A stretch of 53,382 nt of DNA, filler included, from Bipalium vagum (lineage: Eukaryota), in NCBI GenBank assembly GCA_037834085.1. It is 3 parts of 3 records of this genome, joined end to end, with 100 filler letters (N's around TTAATTAATTAA, not from the genome) between each part and the next. Parts side by side here need not be neighbours in the genome. Positions count along the whole stretch, not along the records: positions 21,011 to 37,115 come from JBBMKC010126937.1; 2 more parts are not named here. One strand, written 5' to 3'. Position 1 is the stretch's first letter, and every line of letters begins with the position of its first letter. The notes under the pieces were generated by a model, which was not told the DNA's origin, did no database searches, and saw only the letters and a program-made list of their open reading frames with translations. Made by a program: the position numbers and the translations under genes. Below, piece by piece: positions 25,301 to 35,926 of this stretch.

Positions 25301-28300
25301 AAATTTGAAAAATCTTTAAATAATTTTCAATTAATCAATATTTTTTTCAATAATTAACCAATCAAAAGTGAGCTTTCATTAGTTCAGCTTGTTTTACCAG
25401 ATTGATTTTGATATCGATTTTTTTTAGTTGTAATGATACCGTGAGATAAAACATCAACCTTTCTATTGAGAGGAAGCCAGAATCAAAATTCTACAATCAC
25501 TCTCAGCTCACATCGAATACCTAAGTGCTACATGACTGTGGTATTGATTGTAAATTATTGGATATGGTCTCTTACACTTTTCTTATTGTTGCAAATAAAA
25601 GCGAGGCAGTTTGTGAAGAGCACCCTTGATCAGCAAACGCTTACTTTGATAATTGATTGTTGGTCGCGTCGATTGATCTAACACGATTGAACGCATCTCT
25701 GACAGTTGAGGTTCATAGTAGTATTGTGATGAATCTGGCGTCTGTGACTGCCTTGATCTGATAAGCTCTGACTGATATGCTGGTTCGTACAGCCAAGTGA
25801 CGCACGATTCTGAGGAATTGGACATGGACGATGAGGAGCCGGAGGAGGAAGAAGTGGAGAAGGAAATGGTATTGTCATTGACAGACGGACACGGATTTGT
25901 GGGACGCTTCAATTTCGGCTCAAACCACACCAACAATTCCCACAAGATCAAACTCAGTGAATAAATGTCTGATTTCTTGTAGTCTTCCACTGTTTTTGAG
26001 TCTAGAGCAAAATTTGTGTTGCCTGGATCAATGTGCGCGAGTAGCTGAGAACAATGAACTTTCATCAACATTTCATTTACAATAACAATAAAACAATGAT
26101 AAAAATTAAAAAAAAAAGGAACAACACTGGGTAGAAGGGTGTCCCAATTCATAAAAATCGAACAATTAAAAGGTACAACAATGATCAATTTTTGAAATGT
26201 TTAATAACGTGATAAAAATGGATCCTTAACGACCAACACGAACGAGAACAACAAATGTGGAACCTCAATGACTCCAGCCAAATCAAACATTTAATCTAGC
26301 GATTTTATGGTGGTCAAGAGAAGGAATTATTCACTGTTCCTTCCTTTATTCTTGTGAAACTATCAAAGTAGAATGATGCTGCAAGGAGCTTCAAGTAATG
26401 AACCGAGGACTCTGATAAAAACAACCGTCATATGAACAAGCCTATTCCGGACAACATGAAACACAAATCATTGTGACAAAACTAAAGAATTTTGGGGTAC
26501 GAAGTTCTTATTTTCTGGACCTGGCACCTACCGATCTTAATCTTTTCACAAGCTTAGCCAACTTTAATGCAAAGTCAACGTAGCATCACCCAAGTCTGTC
26601 TCTTTGGCCTTTCAGAACTTTTTAGCCAATAAAAACAAAGGCTTCATAAAGGACATTTTTAATTTGCCCTTCTTTGCAGCGAGCAATCTTTTCCAAAGAG
26701 TGAACTAATTCATTGAAAAAATGTTTGTTGCTGTTCATGATGCAGTTCGACTTTCACATCTCCGGGTCGTCGTTCATTTCATTTGAAATCACATAATGCT
26801 TAGTGATCTTTTCGACACTTATAACCGCAATTGTAACAAGACTTCCAATCTTTCAAACTAAAATTTTGAACCCCTCCCTTAAAAGGTCCAAAACAACCAC
26901 TGTTTCCTTTTCCATAAAGAGCTCATGGATGTTTATTTAGTAAGAAGTAAATCGATAATACTAACAGAAACCCTCACTGCATGTGAGAAGAACAATTTTG
27001 ACGATTGAATTATTGCCAGTAATGGATACAAAATGGGCCAAAACGGACAACAGTGTCTCCCGAATAAATCTTAACTTGGAAATACAAATTTAATTGGAAC
27101 ATCAAGCAAAGGATCCTGGAAGTGCCAAAAACAATATAAGTGAAATCACGTACGATAAAAACATAATTCTCGCTCGAATCTCAAACATGATAATTATTTT
27201 TAATAATGTTAAATGGGACCTGTTTCTACTGATCATCAAGCAAAAAATGTTATCGATTTTTCCAATCAATTTTAAAATCATAAAGCAATGTTCAGAGTTC
27301 TTTTTGGATGTTACCTTTTATTATTTTATTTCATTAAAATTTTTTATTGATTCCGAAAAATAAATTAAAAATATCTTTTCACAAAAAATGTTTTTGAAAA
27401 ATTTAATGATTTTTTAATTGTAAACTCGATTTTTAACTCTTTTTGCTTTGTAAGGACTCCATTTGTAAAATAAAGACTTTCAAATATAAAATAATAAATA
27501 TAAAATTTACTTTTGAACCATCAGATAATCTCTTATAATTCTTATAATATATTATTATTATTATTATTATTATTTTATATTATAATTAATTTTAAATTAT
27601 TTTATTTAGAATTTTAAATTATTTTATTTAGAATTTTAAATTATTCAAATAATATTGTTCTCTATTGTTAACAATTAACTAAAGTACAGCAGGCAATTAG
27701 AACAAAGCGGCCAGAATTGATCAATGGGAAAGGCGTTGTATTTCACCATGACAACGCAAGACCACATGTGTCTTAATGACTCAAGAAAAAATTGAAGAAC
27801 CTTGATTAGGAAGTTTTGTTGTATCCTCCATATAGTCCTGATATTGCACTCATTTGTTTCGTTCACTGCAAAATGGTGCAAAAATTGACACAGAAAACCA
27901 CTTATCTCCGTTTTTAAGCGAAAAATCAGAGTTCTAAAATGACGGAATTATAGATTTAACAAGGAAATGACAAGATATTGTCGACCAAGATGGTGCATAT
28001 GTATTTTGATAAAGTTCTGACATTGTCTTAGTATTATCACGTTTTCATATTGATAAATCGACAACCCAATATATTGACAACAATCATTTGACCACATTTT
28101 GTTCAAAACCCGTTACTTTCCAAGAAATTAAACAAAGTTTTTTAATAAGCAAAGTTCGATCTCTGTATTCGATATAAATGTTTTCAGCTTCGAAAAACAA
28201 AAAGAACAAGGTTTTGGAAAAATTGAAAAGCATTTTGTTTGTTTTAATTAATAAAATGATATTAAAACAATTAACAACCGAACAACTTATTTTTCCGTTT

Positions 28301-31300
28301 TATTTTTTTGTATTAATATTATTCATTATTTTTCCAAAGTTCCGATTATTTTATTTTTTATTATTTTATTTCATATTAAAATATTGATTATTGAGATTCC
28401 AGATATATTTCAATAAACCGTCCTCCTTGTACCTTGCAAAAAAGTTTCGGTGAAGTAAAAATATTTCATTTTCAAAATATATTTTAAAATATAAAATGTA
28501 AAATGATGCGTAAAAATCACTCAAGAAATATTTTTTAAAAATTGACATTGTTATTGATTTATTAATTATTAAAAACTTAATTTTATTTAATAAAATAAAT
28601 AATCAGTAAATTAATTAATAAAAATAGATAATCTATTTCAGATAAAACAAATTTAAATATTCACTTTATTTATCACAAAAAATTTATTATTAATATTATT
28701 AATATCAATATTATTGTTAATAAAATTATTATTAATAATTAAAAATTCATTATAAAGCTTTATACGTGGTAGAGTTCAGACCTTTTAATTAAACGTATTC
28801 CCATAATCATTAATGTAATAATCAAATCCGTACGATAATGATTTCCGTTGAAGGCTCACTAATTTCAAAAGATATTAATAACATTTATAATTAATTATAA
28901 TTAATAATAATTAATGACAATTATTTTGCAAGACATAAAACTACAAATGGGAAATGTCACTTTGTCAAATGGTCTGAAACCTCAAATGATGATTGCAAAT
29001 GGCGAAATCAGTGACAAAAATTACTTCTGGCGCCACATAACGGCAGTCGGTGGGCAGTAGCACATTGGAGACATAGAAGTCGAAGTCGGAAACGTGCATC
29101 AGACCGTTGGGAATGGCGGCCTGAGTGTGGGCCTTGGAGTCGAGACCGGGCCTTTCACTTGATTTATCGTCATTGACAAGAGCCCATTCCAGGTCGCCAA
29201 TGCAGCAGCTGTAGTCATCCTTAACGTAAACATTGGTCGACTTGAGATTTCGGTGAGCAATGGCCGGCTTGCCTTTGGTGGCAGCGATTTCTGGGAAAAA
29301 ATCACCATTATTGACACACAGTGGAACGAGCAGTTCACGGAAAAACCAAACACAAAAAACGGGGCTCTCCTTTTCGAAAAAGTGACAACTATGGAAAGGA
29401 AAAGATCGCGCCAAAAATATGTTCTAAAGGTGAAAATAGTGCCAATGTCACCAAGTCATTTTTCCTTCGAGAATGTGTAACATTTAAAGTGTTGCACAGG
29501 GGTTTAACCGATGAACACTTTAGAAGTTTATATGAAAACGACCCAAATCTGGAGAACGAAGATTTTCTTCCTACACCTTCATTAGGACAAATACAAGACT
29601 TAAGGTGGTTAAATGTTCGAAGCTACGCTGAGAGCTGAACAGGCAGTGTCAGCACGACATGGACAAAATATAAACTTTATTTATTTATTTTATTTGTTTT
29701 CGGCCCAAATATCATTCCAGTAGATTCATTCAAAGCCAGATTTCCTTGAGCCAACGAAGAAAAGTCTGACAATTATTTGAGCTCATAATTTCTCGGAAAT
29801 AATTATCAGTTTTTCCGTTCCACAGTTCGTATTTCTTCACAAATCAATTACACATACATTCCTTTAGAGAAATTCGAAAACCATTTCTGCGAATGCTTTT
29901 CAAAGGTCCACCATGGAGCCTTTGGGGAGGCCGGGCAAATCAAGCCTGTCAACGCTCTTTCCAGGGAAAAATAAAATAAAATAATCAATACAAAAAACAA
30001 TTTTCGAAAGAAAATAAACGTATCAAGATTTAATGTTTACGTTCAGAGAGGCTCAAATTTGAGGAAGTTGTCAATTAATTTTCCGACATTCTTTTATTTA
30101 TTAATAAAGATAAATAATTATTCATTTAAAAAGTTTGATTAATTCAAACAAATAAAAATTAAAATAATTTAATAATTATCTAAAATTGACCAATTATAAA
30201 AATTGATCATATTTAAATTAAAAATAATAATATTATAAATAATAATAATGTTATTAATAATAATATTGATATTAATAATAATGATAATGAAAATAATTAT
30301 AATAGTAATAATTTTAAATAGAGTGGATAAACTATTAAAAAAGACTATTAGTATTAATTAATAATAATGATGATAATAATAAAATAATGCTATTAATAAT
30401 ATTATTATTATTACTAATAATAATAAATTTAGATAATAAGGATAAATTAATAAAAAGATTAATAATAATAATAATTATTATTATTATTATAATTATAATA
30501 AATTAAAATAATATGATAAACTATTATAAAAGATTATTCCTTAAAAAGAGGTTTAAATAAAAAAAAGTTAAATAAAAAGAGAGAAAATAATTCTTTTGAA
30601 CATTGATTATAGCAAAAATATCCGTATACACTGAAAAAAAGGAAAAAATAAAAAAATTCCAAATTTTCTGCAGAATTATTTGAGAGAAAAATATGAAACG
30701 ATGTTTTTCAGAGATCTTCGGTGGAGATAAAAATTGCGAGGGTGGCTCGAAAATATTTTTCAAATGTAAAATGAAAAAAGAAGACAAATGTCACAGAGGA
30801 AAAAAGTATTAAACCTTTCCGAGCGAAAAATACGATTTTTGGAAAAATCAATAAAAAATATTATGTATCAAGATTTATTGGAAAAGATCATTATCAATCA
30901 GAAAAAGATTACCAAATGTAAATCAAATCGAACAGACCAAACGAAGGGGGGAACATTTCAACGTCAATTTTGGAAAGGAAGAGTGCAATGAAGTCATTGA
31001 TTATTTTGAAGAACAGTCTTTAATTTTTAATCAATATTTATCATTCAAATAATATTTCAACCGTTGCAACAGTGCTTCAATTTTTAATATTGTTTTATTA
31101 ATTAAATGCTAAGGAAAACTGTTTGTTTTAATTAGAGCATGGTTTCTTTCGTTCTCAATTCTTTTTTAGCAGAAATAACATTTATAATTGTTAATTATAA
31201 TTGTGAAGGGTCATTAAATTATAACGATTGATCAAAACTTTCAATATAAATTAAAAATAGTAATATTAATAATTAATAATAGTAATAGCTAATTATAACA

Positions 31301-34270
31301 ATTAATANNNNNNNNNNNNNNNNNNNNNNNNNNNNNNNNNNNNNNNNNNNNNNNNNNNNNNNNNNNNNNNNNNNNNNNNNNNNNNNNNNNNNNNNNNNNN
31401 NNNNNNNNNNNNNNNNNNNNNNNNNNNNNNNNNNNNNNNNNNNNNNNNNNNNNNTTAAAATAATGGACATAATTAGTGAAAATAATAATTTTACACATTG
31501 AAAACCAACGGGAGAATTTGATTCCAATGTTTTCCAAAAGTTAGAATTGATTTTTTGGTAAAGTGTTTGTCCAGGCCGTCAATCATTGTAAAAAGGCAAC
31601 TTAAAAGAGATTTCTTCAGTAAAACATTTCTTGAAGGACAGAAATTAATCGAAAAGCGTGGTTTCGTTGGCAAAAACAGATATCAATCATCTTTCACAAT
31701 ACGGAGAGACGTCCGAGGACAAGCAGTCCCCATTGTAAGGGGACAATAAAAGCTCAACAAAACGATCACTCCGAGTGGTAGCTGCAGCCCAATTTCCTCA
31801 GCTACGGACAGCGTTAACCGTCAGCGACCAGTGCCACAAATTGCAATTAATTACATTTTTTTGTTGAAAAAAAATAATATTTTTTCAATGTTCAAAATTT
31901 GAGTCATGATTAAATAATTTTTCAGAGAATTAATTATTAATTGATTTTTAATTAGCCAATTAAAAATATTCTCTGAGAAAGTTTTATTAAGTTATAAAAT
32001 ATATTTAAAGAGTTCAGAAGTAATAATAATAATAAAATAAAATAACTAAAATTAATAATTTCTATCATCATCACAATATTATTATTATTATTTATTATCA
32101 TTATTATTACTATTATTCTTAATAATATTTTATTATTTTAATAATAATATTTTTATGGTCTTCCTTAAATATTATCATTTCAATAATATAAACTATTTCC
32201 AATTGAACATATCGAAGATAGGCATCCAAAAAGTTAAAGTCTAACTAAATAATTAATGAAAGCGACTTTCAACAGTACTTGAAAAGCCAACCCTTAATTA
32301 TAATCGTCATAATATTATTTTAATAATATTTGAAAACATTAGAAACGTTTTTCGTCGTTTTTTGTCATTTTTTGCATTATTAATTACGGAAAATAATAAT
32401 TGTCAAAATTTTAATAAAAATAAATCGAATAAAATTAAAAATCAATAATATTATTTTTTAATTATTGATTAAATAAAAAAATGTTATAAAAAGTTAAAAA
32501 TAAGTTCTCATTTAATTAAAAATATTGTGATTATTTAACATTTTAATCTCATCAAATGGCATTGAATATTTTAGAAATAAAATCGATATTATTTATTAAA
32601 TAATTTAAAATAAAAATATATCAATAAAATTGATTTATTAATTTAGGAAATCATTATATGGTTTAAGTGGACTCTTAGACGTCGGACACAAGATTCTGTG
32701 AGCTTATTTCTGATGAAGGTTTCTGGTTGTTATGGGAAAATGTAGAAGATCTCCATTGAAATTGGAATGGCTTTAATTGTCAGCATAGTCAGAGAACGAA
32801 TCAAGGGTCAACATTGTCAGCTGACTTAGCTCAAGTGATGGACCCTTTATTCGTGATGTTTTTCAGTGACAATTTTGGCAGCTTACAGAAATGGTCCATA
32901 CACGGTTAACATAAGTAATAAAGAAAAAGAATAGGAATTGGTGCACCCCGGAAAAACAGTATCCAACCAATACCTGTGTGAAGATAGCAAAGACCGGCTA
33001 CCAGCGAAAAAGCCATTCGTGTCAGGGTTTCCAGTCGACAATTTCCGACAGTTTCAGTTCCCGGCTGTTTGGATTCGGGGTTGGCAGTCAGGTCCCAGTG
33101 AGAGGTGGCCATCAGTCGTGCCAAAGTTCCCCAATGGAAATAGGGGTAAATCAAAATCGGTCTCAGTCCACACCCGATAACCAATTCCTGATTGAACTGC
33201 TCCATGAGCAACTCAGAGAAATTGGACATGGATATTTTATCGGAGCCCAGCATTCCTACGACAGCGTTGTGACGCAACGGACTGAAAAAGTATAGTCGAA
33301 TCGTGCGCAACCACAACATATCATCGAGTATTTTGACATTGTTTGAAACGAGACACTTCACAGTCACCGTTTCGCCGAGCCACTCGCCGGCCCAGACCTT
33401 GGAAAAGCGACCTTTGCCCAGAAAGCTTCGAAACAGGATCTGGTGGCCAATGGTCCGTTGGATCAACTTCTGCTGCGACAAGCATGTTAACTGAATCGAT
33501 GTGCTGTTGGTCAACATTGACGAGGCTGTCATGACGGAACCGGAAGCGGTTTTGTGGTTATTCAACAATGCAGTTTCGCCACGATCTTCTGGTTTGTCGT
33601 TTTCAGCCCGGAAGCGAAGGTTGGCAATATTGTTGGGTGTCAGGTCTGCTTGTCGTAGAATCTGCTTCTTAATACTGATGTGCCGTAATATTTTTTTGCG
33701 ACAATAAAATGCCAGTACGCTTATAAGAAAAAGACACACGAATAACACAGTCAGGGTCACAGATAAGAACATTATGTTGATATTGACTTGATATTGATTG
33801 TAATTGCTATGGACCGTCTCTTTTGGTGGAGAATAGATCAATAATGCCTGATTCTTTGCGTCTTCATCACTTTTGTGATGATGAAAGGTCGGTGACAATT
33901 CTGAGTTGCAAAAACTGGTCTTATTGCAACAGTTAATAGCAACCGGAAACGTCAGATTGGCATAATGACCCTTGCAGTTCAAAAAGCTCTTCGATGTAGT
34001 TGACAGGCAACCGAATTTGTTGACAATTTTAGCACTCACTGGATTGGTAGTGACATCGATTTGAATGATTTTTGCTGAGTAACAGTGCCCTTTGTCGATT
34101 ATCACACAAGAAGAATTCGAAGTGGCAGGTTTTGTTGATCGGCATTTATCGTGATCGTTACATTTACAATGGAACAGTGGATTGCTCAGATCGAACAGCA
34201 AATAAATAATGGAAACAAAAAAATAGACAGTACAATAAAATTTATTGCAAAATATAGCTAAAATTTTCAT
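22165..34270 (-). CDS. TGF-beta-family type I receptor (BMPR1/Tkv/ALK3-6-like ectodomain) with predicted pseudokinase domain; 4 exons join(34270-32974, 29290-29025, 26044-25645, 22361-22165), 719 aa
   Basis: All three introns are GT-AG and phase-consistent (1,0,1). Exon lengths 1297+266+400+197 = 2160 nt. Signal peptide, 10-Cys ectodomain ending [11 protein letters not shown] helix, LIQRTI, and kinase subdomains I-XI in order ([33 protein letters not shown]...[10 protein letters not shown]). Confidence 0.93.
22425..23170 (-). mobile_element. Degenerate mariner in receptor intron 3
   Basis: [15 protein letters not shown] (ORF 22584-22778), ITGKVN/SVWWN-like segments and a TIR-like end at ~22425. 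Confidence 0.8.
23250..23990 (-). mobile_element. Degenerate mariner in receptor intron 3
   Basis: Minus-strand [12 protein letters not shown] and N-terminal fragments resembling VDLRVDL/LEDQLK. Confidence 0.6.
24021..24890 (+). mobile_element. Internally deleted mariner with both TIRs and TA target duplication
   Basis: Left TA-TTAGGTGTAATAATAAATAATACAGATT and right (reverse complement) TTAGGTGTACACATAAATAATCCAAATT-TA; internal [25 protein letters not shown] and [12 protein letters not shown]. Confidence 0.9.
25645..26044 (-). CDS. Type I receptor exon 3 (subdomains IX-X with Ser-rich insert)
   Basis: Acceptor tctcag|CTA, donor CAA A|gtaagc; encodes [17 protein letters not shown]...[15 protein letters not shown]. 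Confidence 0.9.
26200..26720 (+). mobile_element. Degenerate mariner fragment in receptor intron 2
   Basis: DKKWIL-like motif, WWSREGIIH and [17 protein letters not shown]. Confidence 0.7.
27665..28072 (+). mobile_element. Mariner 3' half in receptor intron 2
   Basis: [44 protein letters not shown] and a TIR-like CGACAACCCAA-TA end. Confidence 0.85.
29025..29290 (-). CDS. Type I receptor exon 2 (catalytic loop to APE)
   Basis: Acceptor tttttcccag|AA completes the E of LHTE; donor GAA|gtaatt; encodes [19 protein letters not shown]...CCIGDLEWA...RYVAPE. Confidence 0.92.
31308..31454. other. 147-nt N gap inside receptor intron 1
   Basis: Directly visible run of N with no linker. Confidence 0.97.
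32974..34270 (-). CDS. Type I receptor exon 1 (signal peptide, ectodomain, TM, juxtamembrane, kinase N-lobe)
   Basis: First ATG of the long ORF at 34270; donor CAC ACA G|gtattg after GLCYLHT. Confidence 0.92.
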
Positions 34271-35874
34271 TCTCGTCAATCGAAATTAATCACACCATGG
34301 TTTCCGTAAACTGAACCAATACCACAAAAGTTCTGGTCAAGATCTTTATTGAACTAATTTTTATTTAAATATATTTAAGATACAAAATACGAAAATTGTG
34401 CAGATTTTTATTAATAGTTTTAATTATTTAAACAAATGATGAAAAAGTAAAATCGTTGGTGAAATTAAACGAATTTTATTTCCATTTCAAATAAGCAAGG
34501 TTAAATAAAAGACTAATAAAATTAAGGATCAATATTTATTTTACATTCCTAGAGAATTATTTATTAAATCAAATTCCTTATAAATGTTCTTATGAAGTTA
34601 GAAACAACAATATTACATAATCATAAAATAATGACACAAATCTCAATGTGACTCTACAACTTCTTTTTCTTTTCCCAAATCTGCTGAAATTTAGCGAGAT
34701 TACATCGTTTTTTTTTTATGGTCATACTCCATTTATTACATGTTTCTTATTGAAAACGAAAAATTGTGCAGGGTCTTTTCTGTATTTCGAGTTTTTAATA
34801 TGAAGGTACGTTACTTCGATTCTATCATACAAAAAATTTAATGTTAATTTTCCCTATTTTCCAGGTTCTTTTCTATTTGATTATAATACCATGAAGAGGC
34901 ATGTCGTATGATGGAAAACAGTGACCTGAATCTCGTTCTTTGGATTTCTCGTAAAAATCTCTAACTAAATCTTAATGGAATTTTGATGAATATATCCGCC
35001 TTAGTCTTGTTCTGTTAGAACCTGTCGTGCAATATTGTAAAGATACATAAATATTTTATTCGGTAAATTAACTAAAAAAGTTTCGTGAAAAAATCAATGA
35101 TAGAATTTTTGAGCATCTGCACCTAATTTTACATATTTTATTAAAGATTTAATTATTTCGAAGACGAAACACATTCATTTTTTGAACCTGTTTGATTTTT
35201 CTTACAGAGAATTAAGAAATTATATTTTATTATTTAGAAAGAATCAATTTTGTTCTCAGCATTGTAATTTTATATATAAATCTCCTGACATGGAATCTTT
35301 TGATTGTATAATGACTTAGGCTACGTAATGGGAACTGAGCTACTGATAACGTACAACAGAGACTACTTGTAAGTCTCTAATTCTGTGTGTTACTCAAGTC
35401 TGATTGACGATATTAAATGCTTCTAATATAAATTGGCATTTTCCCGTTCGATAACGGTGTAGAATAAATTTTATGCTTAGGCTTTAACAGATGAGTTTCA
35501 AAGCACATCACCTTCCATTAAACCAATAAATTTATAAAACAAATAAACCGATCGTGATCATTAATTTATTATTATTTTGCAATATTATTGATTAATTTGT
35601 GACAATCAAACCGACAAAGAATTGTTGTACATTGTATTTCGTGGAGAAAATATAATGTAATAATAAAAAAAAGTTGCACTCCGTCTTTTAATATTGATTT
35701 TTAAATAATTACAGCACCACATAAGGTCTATAAGAATCAGTTTTATTGATTAAATTCCGTTTTATAATTCGATATTGATAGAAATTTTAAAGTAATAATT
35801 CAGAAAAAAATATCTTCATTTCTTAAAAAGAAATATTTTTTCTTCGTCATTGTGAGATAATTTAAAAATAAGTC

Positions 35875-35926
35875 GTGGATTGTAGCTCAGCGGTCAGAGC
35901 AATTCATGTGCATGTGAAAAGTCTGT
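35875..35926 (+). pseudogene. tRNA-like 5' fragment (Ala-TGC-like); tRNA pseudogene or SINE head
   Basis: TAGCTCAGCGGTCAGAGC forms a perfect D-arm/box A, followed by a TTCAT-GTGCAT-GTGAA anticodon-like arm; no T-arm or box B follows. Confidence 0.55.

Noticed and set aside
25583-25644. Stop at 25583 as the receptor C-terminus, as implied by the ORF track
   Set aside because: A GTAAG donor at 25644 and a phase-compatible exon at 22361 supply the missing subdomain XI.
27589-27646. 22-nt tandem repeat considered as a CRISPR-like array
   Set aside because: Direct tandem AT-rich duplication without spacers in a eukaryotic intron; no cas genes or prokaryotic gene organisation anywhere in the window.
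29029-29034. GGCGCC Smad1/5-type element suggesting BMP feedback
   Set aside because: Falls within the codons for VAPE and is explained by coding constraint.
29247-29249. HRN as a lone sequencing error
   Set aside because: It is one base from GAT, but the alphaC Glu, DLG, Gly-loop, GS box and P+1 changes in two exons all point the same way; still needs read confirmation.
29253-29638. Plus-strand ORFs in and around receptor exon 2
   Set aside because: Antisense shadows in GC-richer sequence with no domain similarity.
31273-31537. ORFs containing long X runs (also 37168-37359)
   Set aside because: Artefacts of translating through N gaps.
32938-33707. Five overlapping plus-strand ORFs
   Set aside because: Antisense to receptor exon 1, where stop codons are depleted; no independent evidence.
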